A stretch of 64,000 nucleotides of DNA from Camelus dromedarius. Taxonomy: Eukaryota. The stretch spans positions 109,370,001 to 109,434,000 of the forward strand of contig NC_087436.1 of assembly GCF_036321535.1 (NCBI RefSeq), given 5' to 3'. Of the stretch, positions 11,536 through 24,179 are shown piece by piece. The notes below the pieces were generated by a model, which was not told where the DNA came from, did no database searches, and worked only from the letters and a program-made list of their open reading frames with translations. Every line of letters starts with the position of its first letter. Within the stretch, counting starts at the first letter, position 1. Both the position numbers and the translations under genes were made by a program.

Positions 11536-13989
11536 AATGATGTGGGAAAGGCATTGTTATTACAATTGTACATCCTTTTGTGTTTATTTTTTACTTTCAG
11601 TTAACAATTTAGCAAACGTTATCTATGTAGTTCTTTTTAAAATATGGGTTTAGTTCTTCCCAATGAATCTTTTTGTAAAAATACCTTTTAATCTTTTTAA
11701 AGTTCCTGATTAAAGAATCCTGTCTTTTATTGCTAACTGGTACCAGAAGAATCCACCTAATGAGTGCAGATAGGATTCTGGTGGCCAGATTTGGTGGATT
11801 TCAGCAGCTTTTACTGACTGCAGAGGGGACAATCAGGCTGACCTTATCTCTGTAAGTGCATGTGATTGAATATAGTGACCTGTGGTAGAAGACTGGGAGG
11901 ATAGAATTAATTTTTTTATGAAAAAAGAGAAAAGCATATTATAATATAGTTAATGTAGTTAATGAGATAAAAATAGCTTTAATCTATCAAGTAGGTACTA
12001 CCAATATTTAATTAAAAATCAAAGTTTGCCCCACAGGCCTTAAAATCTGGCCGCTCATTGACATTTTTAGTGCCTGATTTAGTTGACTATTTGGATACAC
12101 TTTGAGAAAAATACCCATTTATACAATTCTGTTATATAAAACCTGAAATATTGGAGTTCTGCACTGTTTATCACTTTAGCCTTCCTTAAATTGTGCTTAA
12201 GCCTACTTTTTAGATAAAGTTAACACATTTTCAGCTTTATAATATTCTTGCCTGGATCGGTTTACCAACATTAAAAAATAAAACAAGTTTAGTTGTCTCA
12301 AAATAATTAAAATAATTTACCCTGCATAGCACATGCTGTAAGCAGTGGAAACATTTTAAACCGTATTTGTAGTTTGGAAAATTGGCCTTTCTGCAGTAGT
12401 TTGGCTCTGAAAACCACATTTTCAGATTTCAGTTTCAAAATAGACATTTGTGCTCATGCATTTACTTCTTCCCACTCCCTCAATATTATTGAAATTACAC
12501 AAGGAATCTAAAGATAAGTATATATCTGGATGGCATTGGAAACACAGATTTCCATCAACGATCAAGACTATTAGAGAAATTTTTGGAGAAGACTGAGCAG
12601 ATGGAGGCAAAGGAGATGTCTGCCTATTAGGTGCATAGGTTACTCCCTGGAAAACTGGAAAAAAAAACAACCTACACTTAGAATAATAAAGATTGGAGGT
12701 GAGAGTTAGCTAGCCAGCTAAGCTGAAAGTGAGAATTGTATGTTAAAGTTCTTTGTACTGCAGTGACTGTAGCCGCAGCAAATTTCCTCAAATCATCCCT
12801 CGATACACAGCTAGCTTTTGAGAAACAACACCCACTGATTGCAATAGTAAGGGATTTTCCTTAAGGCTTACTTAGCTTCATAGTTACTTTTATCTTTCTG
12901 CTTGAAAATGCAGCTCAGAGTTAATTCTTGGCCACCTTACAGGCTCGAGTGGGCCAGAAATCAGTCACCTGCTTTAGTGGCTGGACAGGACCTGTTCGAA
13001 AAGATGAAATGTGTCCCTGCCTTTGTCTTGTGGCCCTCTGGAGCCCAGGTCCAGCAGAATCAAACCACAGGAAATATAAACATGCTCTTCCTTTTTCTTT
13101 GGGGATGAAAATTGAAACACAGTCTCTGCAAAATAAACCACAAATCACATTATTAGGCAAACATAGACCTGTTGTTTAAGCATATGCAGACAGAGGAAAA
13201 TTACCAAGTAGGTGAGAAGACTCAGTGGTTCAAAAGAAGACAGTGTTGAAGGGTCAGACCAAACACAGCCCTGTGAAGCGGGCTTGCTCCATGGAACAGG
13301 GGAAGAAAGACAACAACAACAACAACAACAGCAGCAGAAGTTCTTCCATCTTTTCTTCACAACAAAGTTTGAGAAACATTATATGTACCAATATGGCATA
13401 ACCTGAGATAGGAACTGCTGTTCCTAAGGACAAAAAGCATTACTGAATTATTTAAAGCAAATCTCAGATAAATGAGGTAATTTAAGTCAATTAGTGAATT
13501 AGTTAGTGACTTAGAAAAGAAGTTAAAGAAATTCTCTGGAAGTAAATAAAAATATAACAGAGGAAAGATGTTACTGAGGGTAGAGCGCTAAGAAAGCCAT
13601 TTATTTATAGTACAAATGCCAGAGAGTGCACGCAGAATGGAAGAGCAGCAAAAATCAAATTAATAAAAAGACACATTTTCGAGGACCAAAGGCTGTAACC
13701 TTAAGAATAAAAGGGATTATTGAATTCAAATAATAAAGAAAAATATATGTGTACACACGTTTGAATTTTTATGATTTCAGAGATAAATAGCAATTTCAAA
13801 AATTATGCATGGTTGAGGAGAGAAAAATGAGATATTTCTTACAAAAGAGAAAAACTGGATAATTACTCTTCTGTTAAGATAGGTATAGTTAAACAATGTT
13901 GACAGTAATTTTTAGAAAGAAAGTTTTTTACTCCCAAACTTTATTTATTCATAAAAAGCAATACTTAGTTATGTGGCCAGAACTTACAT

Positions 13990-14412
13990 GTATTTTCAAA
14001 TTTCCGTTCTCTTCAACTTTAGTCAAGCGTATTTCTTAGTTTTCCCTGCAATTATGTGAGTCCATGTGACAATTTCCTTCCTATTGGTTCAATAAGATGG
14101 AACTGGAATTGCATAAACTTTCAGGAATTCTCCTTAAAAGAAAATAATAACTTTATTTTCTCATCTGTCTTTTCCTCTGTTCTTCTGCTTGGAAAGTGCA
14201 TGAGCACTTGAGCAACAGTCTTGGGTCATGAATACGCTTTTGCTCCAGGGGCGGCAGAGTGTAAAGCCTGGGTCACCACCAAAATTCATAGAGTTACCAG
14301 ATCAGATCTGGACTTCCTATGCCTAGGCTTCTTTTATGTGAGAGAGAAATAAACTTTAATGTATCTTAAGCAATTTTTTTGTGTGTTTTGATGTAGCCAA
14401 ACTTGATACATA
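13990..14412 (+). mobile_element. MLT1J-like MaLR LTR
   Basis: 'ctggacttcctatgcctaggcttcttttatgtgagagagaaataaactt...cttaagc'. Confidence 0.75.
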
Positions 14413-14977
14413 CAAAAAGGAAAACAAATACACTTTTAAGTATTCATAAAATAAAGAATCAGAGTATCTTTCATATACATATATATATAATTACTCTGTT
14501 CATCTAATAAATGAATAAAAATAATTATCTCACTTATGAGCAAACTGGCTGTAAGAGAAGGGGCTATAAGCACAGTAAAACTTGATAGCTGATTGTCAAA
14601 CAATTGTTCAAATGTATATGACACAGTTATTCTAAATGCCTAATATAACAATTAAGTTAATATTAACAATCTGGTTGTAAATTTCTAGGTAATCCTCCAT
14701 CACGTGAGAATCGTCGGTTGTGGAGGAGAGGAATACAGCACCCAAGTTCCTCACCCAAAGAAGCAGAATAAATGATTCATTCTACAGTGAATCATTAAGT
14801 TAGAAGAAAAACAGAGGCTCACCATTCTAAATACAGAGGCACCCACTGCTACAGTGAAAATAAGTCAAGTTGTAAACCTTTGGAGACAATATAAAGCAAT
14901 GGGAACACTGGAGAGATAGCAAAAGACAGGATAAAAAAAGAATAAGGAGCCAGAAGTGTATTGTAAGGCAGTGGAAT

Positions 14978-15170
14978 TCATTAGTCAGAGTTATCTGAAG
15001 TGCAAGTGAGACTAATTTGACTTCAAGTTCAGAAACACAGTTACGAGTTGTTTAAGCAGACGTGTAGGATTTATTGCTTTGTTCCTCTGAAAAGACCAGG
15101 AGTCAAAAAATCCCTGGTGCTCGTTTTCATATGAGGAATCTCTTACCCTTCATCCTCTCTGTCTTCTTTG
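14978..15170 (-). mobile_element. Old MLT1 LTR fragment
   Basis: 'ttagtcagagttatctgaagtgcaagtgagact...tttaagcag...atttattgct'. Confidence 0.5.
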
Positions 15171-15904
15171 GAATTTATGAAATTCCTTAACAAGAACTAA
15201 AGAGTCTGAATTGGATCAAAAAATAACATTCAGATATTTACTAGGTACATAACAAATGCACAAAAATGATGAAACACAATATTTAAAAAGGGTTGGGCAA
15301 GTACATATTGGGTACATTCAAATAAAAAGAAACAAGGGGTAGTACTACTCTATCGAAGAGAACTGAATTTAAAGCTCAATGATTTAATTAGTAAAAGAGG
15401 GATTATTTGTAGAAAGTAAATACATAATCTGTAGTGATTATATAGTGGCTATAAATGTTTACATAACAACTAACAGTTTGTGATTATAAAGCAAGTTAGA
15501 ACTAACAAAACAGTTTTACAAAACTTAAATCATAGTGAGAAACTTTGAAGTTGCCCTCTTGCTCTTTGACAGATACGATAGTCAAAACATCAACGGAAAA
15601 CTGAATTGCATAATGCATAAACCTGACAATATAATGCAGATAGTGTAAAAATGCACACCTATTTAAAATATATATGAAACGTCTGCAAAGATAAATTGCA
15701 TATTAGATCTTGGAATATCTTTATAATACCTCTACCAAATTATAAACTGCACACCACATGTTCTTTTTTCCCAAAATGCAATAAAATTGGAGACTGATAA
15801 TAAAAGTATAAACACGCTCACACCTTCACAAATAAGACCATTTGGAAACAAAGGAAGATTTCCTAAATAGAATTTTTTAATCAAAGAGAAAATAGATATT
15901 TCAT

Positions 15905-15982
15905 GTATATGCATTACACATATATACATACAGATATACACATATACATACAGATATACAGATATACAGATATACAGATACC
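15905..15982. repeat. (GATATACA/TA)n simple repeat
   Basis: Read directly. Confidence 0.85.
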
Positions 15983-16816
15983 TATGTCAAGATACTGTTC
16001 TATCCAAATGATAATGATACTACCACATGTTTACACTTGATAGAAGTGGTCAAAACTGTACTGAGAAAAAAAAAATAAAAGAAACTTTTTAGAATGAATT
16101 TTATAACAAACTATAATGGATAAACATAAATAATCTATATGTAATGTGTTTACATTTATAGAAACATAAATATATATATTAAAAAGCTAGGAAAAACAGT
16201 AAAATAAAGGAATTGATAGAGCTGGAATAAATGGATAAATGATATAGAAAAACAGAATTACAAAACTACTTCTTCAAAAACAGTAGTGAAATACACAAAT
16301 GTGGAAGCAGAAATACATAACATTGCGATAAGGGAAGGATATAGTCACAGATAGAAAGTGGACAGAAAAAGCCTGGAGATACTGTGTGACAATAGCAGCA
16401 AAGTTTGAAATTTGATTTTGTAAAAATCTACAGCATACTGAAAAAGACTTTTTAACAAAAGAGTGGTTAACCTGATTAGACACATCCGTTCAGGAAAATT
16501 AGGAACATTTTCTAAACGCTAATGCCCCAAAGGGAGCCTGCCTTCAACACTTTCATGGAGGGATTTTTTCAAGATTTCAAAGAACAAATATTTGCTCTGC
16601 TTTGAAAGATGTTCTGAAAGAAAACAGGACAGATTTCCAATTAGTTATTGAAAATTACAATAATAATGAAACTGCTATTTAACCAAGAACGTCCAAAAAA
16701 ACCTCTGAGAACCTGCTTTGTCTATAGATTTAAAAATCCTAGATAAAATAATACATAGATAATAAATAGTGATAAAATAATAGAACTATATTACTATTAT
16801 AGTACACCTGATAAAG

Positions 16817-17064
16817 TGTGATGGTATGTTTTATATATCAACTTGACTGAGCCATAGGGTACCCAGATATTTGATCAAACATTATTTCTAGGTGCGTCCG
16901 TGAGAGTGTTTCTGCATGAGATTACCATTTGAGCTGGTAACCTGAGTAAAGCAGGTTGTCCTTTCCAACCTATTGGGAAGGGCATATATATACATTCAAT
17001 AACATAATATATGTAATTATAATATATATTGGTTCTGCTTCTCTAACAAACCTTGACTAAAACA
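16817..17064 (+). mobile_element. Internally deleted MLT2 LTR
   Basis: 'tgtgatggt...tcaacttgactgagccatagggtacccagatatttgatcaaacattatttctagg...attggttctgcttctctaacaaaccttgactaaaaca'; 5-bp TSD taaag/taaaa. Confidence 0.85.
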
Positions 17065-17095
17065 TAAAATAATGTTTATTTCATGAATGCAAAGA

Positions 17096-17475
17096 TGTTG
17101 GGACAGTAACTAAATTCCTTCTGAGTCCCTCCTCTGTCACTTGGGATTTCCCTTCTCTGCTCCTTTTAAACCTGGGCATGAACGAGTGACCCGATGAAAC
17201 GTGAGCGGAAGTGGCATGTGTTACTTAGGGGCAGAAACTTTAAAACCAGCCTGATTTTCCTGATTCTCTTCCTGCTGCTCTGGTGATTGTGGCAGCTGTT
17301 AAGGGGACGTCTCTGTCAGCCTGAATTCCTAGGAGATTACATGAAGTGTCCCCCTGACTCCCCACACTAAGCTTCTCATGCGAGCAAGAAAAGATTTTCT
17401 TGTGTTAATCTGACAGGATTTGTGGTGATTTTCTTACTGAAAATACATAGAGCTTAGATTATTCTGGCTGATACT
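17096..17475 (+). mobile_element. MLT1I-like MaLR LTR
   Basis: 'atgaaacgtgagcggaagtggcatgtgttactt...gcagaaactttaaaaccagc...tattctggctgatac'. Confidence 0.75.
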
Positions 17476-18659
17476 ATTAATAATAATTCAACATTTTATC
17501 TGAACGAATAAATATCGTATGATGATTTTTATAAATACTGGAAAAGTATTAGAAAAATTCGACACTGATACATGATAAGACTTTATAGTAATTATGAATA
17601 AATGGATACTTCTATATCACGATAAAGAAATAGACTAAAGTTGCTTTAGTGCTTGTGGACATGTGTTTTGTAAAGTGACGTCAGTGTGATTCTGCGTTGT
17701 TCATCCCTGTTCTGTATTATTTATTTGCTACCACACGATCCAAACTACAGACTTTAACTTGCAAGTATAGTTCAACAGCACTCAGCGTTGTTACGACCCC
17801 ACCAGGGATTGGAACTGACACCACCAAGCGTCACTCTGTTCCAGTGCGCTGACAGTGCCGTGTAGACCTGGGAATTGCTAAATGAAGATTTCACAGAGAA
17901 ACCTCAAATTAGGCTAAAACCCAAAACGTGGAGCAATTTTAAATGCTAAATGGCCCTCTTATCTTCCTCCTCTTCTGCCTCCTTTTCCTCTTCCTTCTTC
18001 CTCGTTTATAATGAACCAGGAAAACTTGTCCAAGTTTGGCTTCTGTAAAGCTTCGGTATGTCAGAGAAGATGACATGGTAAAAGTCAAAGGATGTTCTTT
18101 CAGATTTCTGACAGCTATACTTACTATTAACAGCAAGGAGAGGGGAACGAAAAACAACAACTTCTCATTTATGGTCCTAAGAAATATTTTAAGATCATTC
18201 TTCAACTAAGACCATTGTTTTGAATGCACCAAAGCAGTCATGGTAAAGGCAAATCATTTAATAAGTGGAAATCATTGAATCACACTAACTCCCAACTAAT
18301 TATTTGTAAGCTTGTTTTCATATTAAGGAATGCAATGATTAAATTAAGAAGAAGAATTATAATACTTGTTGGAAACCTATAATATTTTTGCTTAATTTTA
18401 GACTATCTTCATAGGGTAGATGTTGAAAATTCTTAGTTAAAAAAGTCAAATGAAAAAACAAACGCAGATGCAATACAGCGCAAGTACATGATGTGGCCAT
18501 CACAACCTCTCCTAACCCTGGATCACTCTGCCACCTTCACTCCACCTCAGATACCGCAGAAGAGTTGAAAGTTCTGCAGAAATGCTGTGCTACTTCGTGT
18601 CTCTGTGCTTTTGCTAAAGGGAACACAATGGCAGAGTCACAAGTGTCTTTCTTGAGGAC

Positions 18660-19075
18660 TTTGTCAGCCCGTCAGCATTAGGACGTGATCCTGAGGATAA
18701 TGAGAAGGAACTGAGAGCATTAGACTGAGACGTGGTGTACCATGATCAAAATTCAGTTTTGGAATAATCATTCCATGTACAATGTAGAAAGTAGAGCAAG
18801 AGACTCACCAGAGACGCGAGTTAAGTAAGACTCAGTTGCCTCAATCCATGGGAGGAGTCCTGTGAGCCTGAACTGGGAGAGTTTTTTTAGGATTGAAGAA
18901 AAATGAATAAATTTGCAATTCATTAGGGAGGAATCATAGGACTCAATATTAAATTATATACGGGGCCAGGTGGGAGGAGCTGTCACAGAAATGTCTCGAT
19001 TTCCGGCTTCTACAATCTGAATGGAGGCTTCCTGGCTGTGCTGAGGAATATGAAGGTAGGAAAATGTTTGATGGT
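18660..19075 (-). mobile_element. L2 fragment
   Basis: 'catgatcaaaattcagttttggaataatcattcc...' followed by a purine-rich L2 body. Confidence 0.6.
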
Positions 19076-20289
19076 TCATGTTTATATTAGGTTATTTTTG
19101 GTAAGTATTTGTAGTCTCCAATAATTCTGGATAGATGAGGATTATAGGGTCCTTCAATCACTCTTATTCCTAGATTAAAAAGAAAGCATTCTCAGACAAA
19201 TGCTGCCTTATATTTATGCATTTATCATCAATCAGATTAAAAACACGGACATCCAACCTGTTCCGTAAGTGTAAGCAGCTCTGGATCTTTGTCCTTTTAA
19301 GGACTTCTACAGCAGCTTTCATAAAACGTTTGCTGGAGGAAAACACACTAATATCCTCATGGCAGGATTTAGCCAACCATCTAGCTGGAAGGAGGTGTCC
19401 AAGAATCTTCTGAGGAATTTTCAGATTTAAGTCAAGAGCATTATTCCTAAAGGTCTCTTTGGCTTCCTAAAATTTGTTCTAGCTCATTTACATATCTTGA
19501 ATACCAATCATTTCACAAACAAAACTTCCCTCTTAATATCCATTGTACTAATTAGCTAAACATCTGATCTTGTTTGGGAAAAAAAGGACAGTTAAGTTAC
19601 TTCAAGTAACTATATGTTTTAATTCAACACCAAGACCCACCCTGGGGGAGTTTTCTGGATTAGGACGATTGATTGACCTAGGCTGTGGATGAACATACTG
19701 CACTGAGGATGCTGAAGTGATTTAAGCAGATTTCACACAAAGCAACAGAAGAAAATGATGTGTTCAGTTTGGGATATGTTTAATGGGAGGTGGCAAGTGG
19801 ATAGCTCAGCAAATGTTCAATTTTGCAAGTTTGATCTCTGAAAATAAGGTATGACTGCACATTCAATTTTGAAATCACTAGACTGTGGTGTATTTTCCTA
19901 TGTTCATAAAAATGTGTAACAGTGGTATCATTTATTCATTCATTTATTCTTATACTCAGTGATTGTTTATTAAATGTGGCAGATGGGATGGTGAGTTTGG
20001 CCTAAGAGTAGGGGGCCAGAGTCACAGACCCTCCTTTCAAGAAGCTCACATTTTGCTGGGAATACAAGTAAGGATGATGCGAGCAATACAATCTAGGAGG
20101 ATCGATGTAAGGAAATCTCTCCCCATCCCAGTAAACAGCTGCAACTGAGAACAGACTCATCTTTTTTAGCATTTAACCCTTTAAAAATGGCAAATGAAAT
20201 TGGTAAGATTAAAAAGACAATTATGCAAGCTTCATTTAAAATACATCTTAGTAACAAACTGTAGAAATGATCCCTGAAAGTATAGTCTT

Positions 20290-20540
20290 GATAAATTGGG
20301 AGTTCGAGATTTGCAGATATTATCTACTATGTATAAAACAGATAAACAACAGGTTCATACTGTATAGTGCAGGGAGCTATATTCAATATCTTGTAGTAAC
20401 TTATGGTGAAAAAGAATATGAAAATGAATATATGAATGTTCATATATGACTGAAGCATTATGGTGTACACCAGAAATTGACACATTTTAAACTGACAGTA
20501 CATATATATATATATGTATATATATATATGAAAGAAAAAG
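20290..20540 (+). mobile_element. Camelid-type L1 3' end (5'-truncated)
   Basis: 'gataaattgggagttcgagatttgcaga...tgtacaccagaaattgacaca'; (TA)n plus A tail; degenerate TSD aaagtatagtctt / aaagtacatctt. Confidence 0.9.
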
Positions 20541-20589
20541 TACATCTTAGGACACTTTGTAAGGAAGCTGCCTCAAGAATGGATTAGGC

Positions 20590-20870
20590 AAGAGATAATA
20601 AATGCTGGCGAAGATGTGGAGAAATGGGAACACCAATACACTGTTGGTGGGAATGTAAATTGATGCAACCACTGTAGAAAACAGTATGGGGGTTCTCCAA
20701 GAAATTACAAATAGAACCCCCATATGATCCAGCAATCCCACTTCTGGGTATGTATGCATAGGAGATGAAGTCACTGTCTCAAAGAGGTGCCTGCACTCTC
20801 ATGTTGATCACAGCATTATTGACAACAGCCAAGGTATGAAGACAACCTTACGTGGTTTGAGCTGAATGAT
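20590..20870 (+). mobile_element. L1 (L1MA/MB-like) ORF2 C-terminal fragment
   Basis: 'atgctggcgaagatgtggagaaa...ccatatgatccagcaatcccacttctgggtat'. Confidence 0.9.
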
Positions 20871-21199
20871 CTGCTGATGTGATAAGTGAAGATATTTATC
20901 CTGGTACCCAAGATTACCTGATTTTTTTAAACTAGTAACTACTCCCTGAGAGGTGCCCAGGGAAAACATACATTGGAGAGCTGTAGCTAGCAAAATATTA
21001 GTGTCTTTGAGTATTACACGTTGGTTCCCAAATCCAACATAAAACTCTTTGACCTAAGCTGAATCTTGTAAATAATGCATAAGCCCGGGGACAGACTTGT
21101 TAGGTTTGAATTTTGACTGAATGTTATCTTAAAAGAATTATGTCATCTCTTGAAGATCTCAAATTCTTTAGCTGTAACACATTTCCATATCTATCTATA

Positions 21200-21320
21200 T
21201 ATTTTATATGTATATGTGTGTATATTATATGTAAAGTCAGTTTACAATGTTGTGTCAATTTCTGGTGTACAGCGTAATGCTTCAGTCATACATGAGTATT
21301 CATATATTCATTTTCAATTC
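21200..21320 (-). mobile_element. Short camelid-type L1 3' terminus
   Basis: 'gtcagtttacaatgttgtgtcaatttctggtgtacagcgtaatgcttcagtcata' with a TA-rich tail. Confidence 0.85.
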
Positions 21321-22103
21321 TGGTGCTTTTAATTAATTTATTTACTTGTGCAGATATCTGTATTTTCCCAATGGACATATATAATTAAAATGGTGACAGT
21401 AAGTCCACAAATAAAATTAGATTCTTTGAATTATTTTCCCTTCCTTTGTTTTTTTTTTTTAATACTCATTCTCCTGAGATCAAATTAAGGCCAGAGCAAG
21501 GTTGTATGAATGTGTTTGTCAAAATGGGATCTCTTTTAATGATTACTAGCCCTTAATGTGATCTGAAGTTGATTATGAATTTGAAGTTGGTGGCACAATA
21601 CCTCAGAACGTGGAGGTACACTGTATCAGACAAAGACATCATTTCTCATTCAAATCTCGCCCACTAGAGGAGCTGTCTAGGGCAATTGGGAGAAGTTTGA
21701 TAGGCTCAGCTTTTATTCATTTTTAAAGTTTAACCCTGAGTCATTTTACCTAAATCAGGAAGCTACTTTTACGGTCAGATCGTGCATGCTTTTCATAAGC
21801 AGCAGACGTATTGCATATCTGCTCCAAGTCAGATTTTGGAAACACTTACTCCTCTTGAAAGTTACTTTTTTTGTTCTGTGGCATTTCATGGAAAACACTT
21901 GCTCCAGCCAATAAGTTATGGATATATTTTTTAAGACTGAAAAGATTCTTAATATGAATAAGCTAATTGAATCACGGAAATAAGAGCGATTAAAGAAATT
22001 TTGGTTTATAATACAATCGTGCAGTTGGAAAGAATCTTGAGAAGTGATCAACTTCAATTCTTCTGTTTAGGCTAAAGGATACCACCAACTCTCCCCACGC
22101 TCA

Positions 22104-22125
22104 ACACACACACACACACACACAC
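22104..22125. repeat. (AC)11 microsatellite
   Basis: Read directly. Confidence 0.95.
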
Positions 22126-22416
22126 GGGTTTCTGTCCTATTTTCAAAGCAATTTAAGAAACGCAATAAAAGCTCGTGTGACGAATTCTGCCCTCTAGTAG
22201 TTCTTACGATTATGAAGTTATTTGAATACCTTTTGTTGGCAAGTATAAAATGCCATAATTATATGCTGTTTTCCTAGGATGTTTTTTGTATTATTTGTTA
22301 TCTGATTCTAGGATTTCCATATAGCTTCCACTCTTCTGTCATCTCCCACAGTTTCCATCCCTCTCCTGAGTAAGTTGGGAATTATCATTATTTACTGTTG
22401 TTATAAGCATCAAAGA

Positions 22417-22977
22417 TGTGTAATGTGTCAATCTGTCTAGGCTGAATTCTCTCTCCCAGAAGGCCCTTTTTTGGTATATTTCATTAGGAGAGAGGAAGGA
22501 AGGCAGCAGCCATTTGGTAGGACACGTATGTGGTTGCTGTTCCGCTGAGTTACCTCCTTGGTGTGCAGCAGCAGCTGGACCTACTGTTGCTCTCCCTTCC
22601 CCTTGGATCTTCTTTCAGTTCTCTTACTTCTTGGCCAGGTGTGTGTACGTGTATGTGTTCAGCACTTCGGGAGAGGGACATGGCTTCTGGAAGATGCCCG
22701 TTATGAGGGCAGTGGTGATAAGAATGGACACAAGCTTCAGTCCTCTGTTGAGGAGCTCCAGCTTGTTGTCATGGCATTCCAGCAGGCTGGTGATCTTCTC
22801 TTCCAGACTCCCTGCCCTGGGGACTTTGGGCTCCAGCATTAGATGTGGAGGCAGCCTGCTGGAGACTTCTTAGCCAGCCCTCACAACTGGGTAAGCCAGT
22901 TTCCTGTAATAAATTCTTCAGTATATGTCTACATATCCTAATGGCTCTGTTTCTCTGGTTGAACCCTGACAGTTACA
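22417..22977 (+). mobile_element. ERVL solo LTR (LTR41-like)
   Basis: 'tgtgtcaatctgtctaggctgaatt...cccagaa...aggcagcagccattt...aataaattc...ctctgtttctctggttgaaccctgacagttaca'. Confidence 0.75.
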
Positions 22978-23952
22978 TGCAGGAAGCAGAGCTAGAAACC
23001 AAGATTAGAAGTCAAGACTGTCCCTCATTCCTGCCCTTCCTCAGTCCAGTTTCAAGATTCTCTTTCCTTTTGTGTAGTATTCCTGTGCATCTCCAGAAAA
23101 TATACTGGAAAATATCTCCCTGAGGGGTGGTAGAATCTTGTAAATATCCAGCCACCGGATGAGACACTAATTCTTTTATTCAGTATCTGTTTTTCTCTAT
23201 GACAAACTCTAACTCTGCAGGAAACAGATACTGTTTTTTTGAATCCTATTCTCTGGCCTGGGACAATCCGCTGTATCTGAGGAGGAGGCAGGCTGTAAGG
23301 AAGGAAAAGGTCTATGTCTGGTGTCTACCACTAGTCCAAACAACTTTGTCACACGTAGCTGGGGCTGGTTAAACACACTGACTGCTGGTGTTCCAGTGGT
23401 CTTTTCATGTGGACAGGGTAAGTTAGGGGCTGAGCTGAGCCCCTTGGACAGGCTTGATAGTTATCAGAACAAACTGATACCCTTGTGATGGTTGTTTCTG
23501 GCTGGTGCCTGTTCTGATTAGCTGGTGTCGATGCCATGTAAGTTGTCAAACATTTCCCATATCACCCCCACCCACAGATTTAACTTGAAATGCTCATTCA
23601 TTCATGGGAAACATTTATAGAGTTTGCAATAGGTTGTAAGCACAATACTGATACAAGGGAAAACAAACACGAATAAGGAGGCAAGACTGCCATCTAAGAG
23701 TGCCAGGAGAGACAGACACTTCTGACTCTGAGTGTAGGAAGCGTTGGACTCAGTCAAATATGTTACAATTATTCTTTGCTGTCATTTACTATCTTTTAGA
23801 CCAGGTAACTTAATGGTGCAGTAAGTCTGTAAGAAAACAGACTTACTTCCATTCTAACTTGCTTAACTTAACAATCTAATTCTGGGTCAGTTATTTAATC
23901 TTTTCAGGTTAAAATTTTTGTAACTAAAAGATAGAGATAGAACTGTTAAGAA

Positions 23953-24060
23953 TTTTTGTTTGTTTTGTTTTGTTTTGTTTTTTTGTTAGTGGGAGTACTG
24001 AGATTGAACCCAGGACCTCATGCACATAAGCATATGCTCTGCCACTGGGCTCTACCCCAC
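23953..24060 (-). mobile_element. tRNA-Ala-derived camelid SINE (Vic-1 type)
   Basis: 'gtactgagattgaacccaggacctcatgcacataagcatatgctctgccactgggctctacccc' preceded by a (T4G)n tail. Confidence 0.85.
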
Positions 24061-24179
24061 TAAAAAAATTTTTTTAAAGTATGTGAAGGAACCTAGCATG
24101 ACAGTCGCAAGTATCCTTTTATTTTTAATTTGACTGGGGTTTTTTGTTTTAATCAAGAACTTTTTTAAAAAAAAAAACT

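Larger units (their letters stand above)
13430..17640 (+). mobile_element. Ancient fragmented L1 (L1ME-like): ORF1 and ORF2 remnants with nested LTRs
   Basis: ORF1-like segment 13490-13760. Endonuclease-like segment from ~15200 ('aaaaagggttgggcaagtacatatt...aaataaaaagaaacaaggggtagt'). RT-like segment 'gtttatttcatgaatgcaaagatg...aaaattcgacactgatacatgataa'. A-rich sense strand. Confidence 0.7.

Noticed and set aside
11386..11604. Ile/Thr-rich or poly-His ORF
   Set aside because: Translation of the (CAT/CAC)n microsatellite.
12529..12630. Protein-like frame DGIGNTDFHQRSRLLEKFLEKTEQMEAKEMSAY
   Set aside because: No convincing splice acceptor and no recognised homology; may be old L1 5' sequence or chance.
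13212..13406. Poly-Q / poly-C ORFs
   Set aside because: Short (CAA)n(CAG)n simple repeat with no coding context.
17821..17835. CTCF-like motif CCACCAAGCGTCACT (also CCACTAGAGGAGC near 21662)
   Set aside because: Multiple mismatches at core positions; cannot be supported without PWM scoring or ChIP data.
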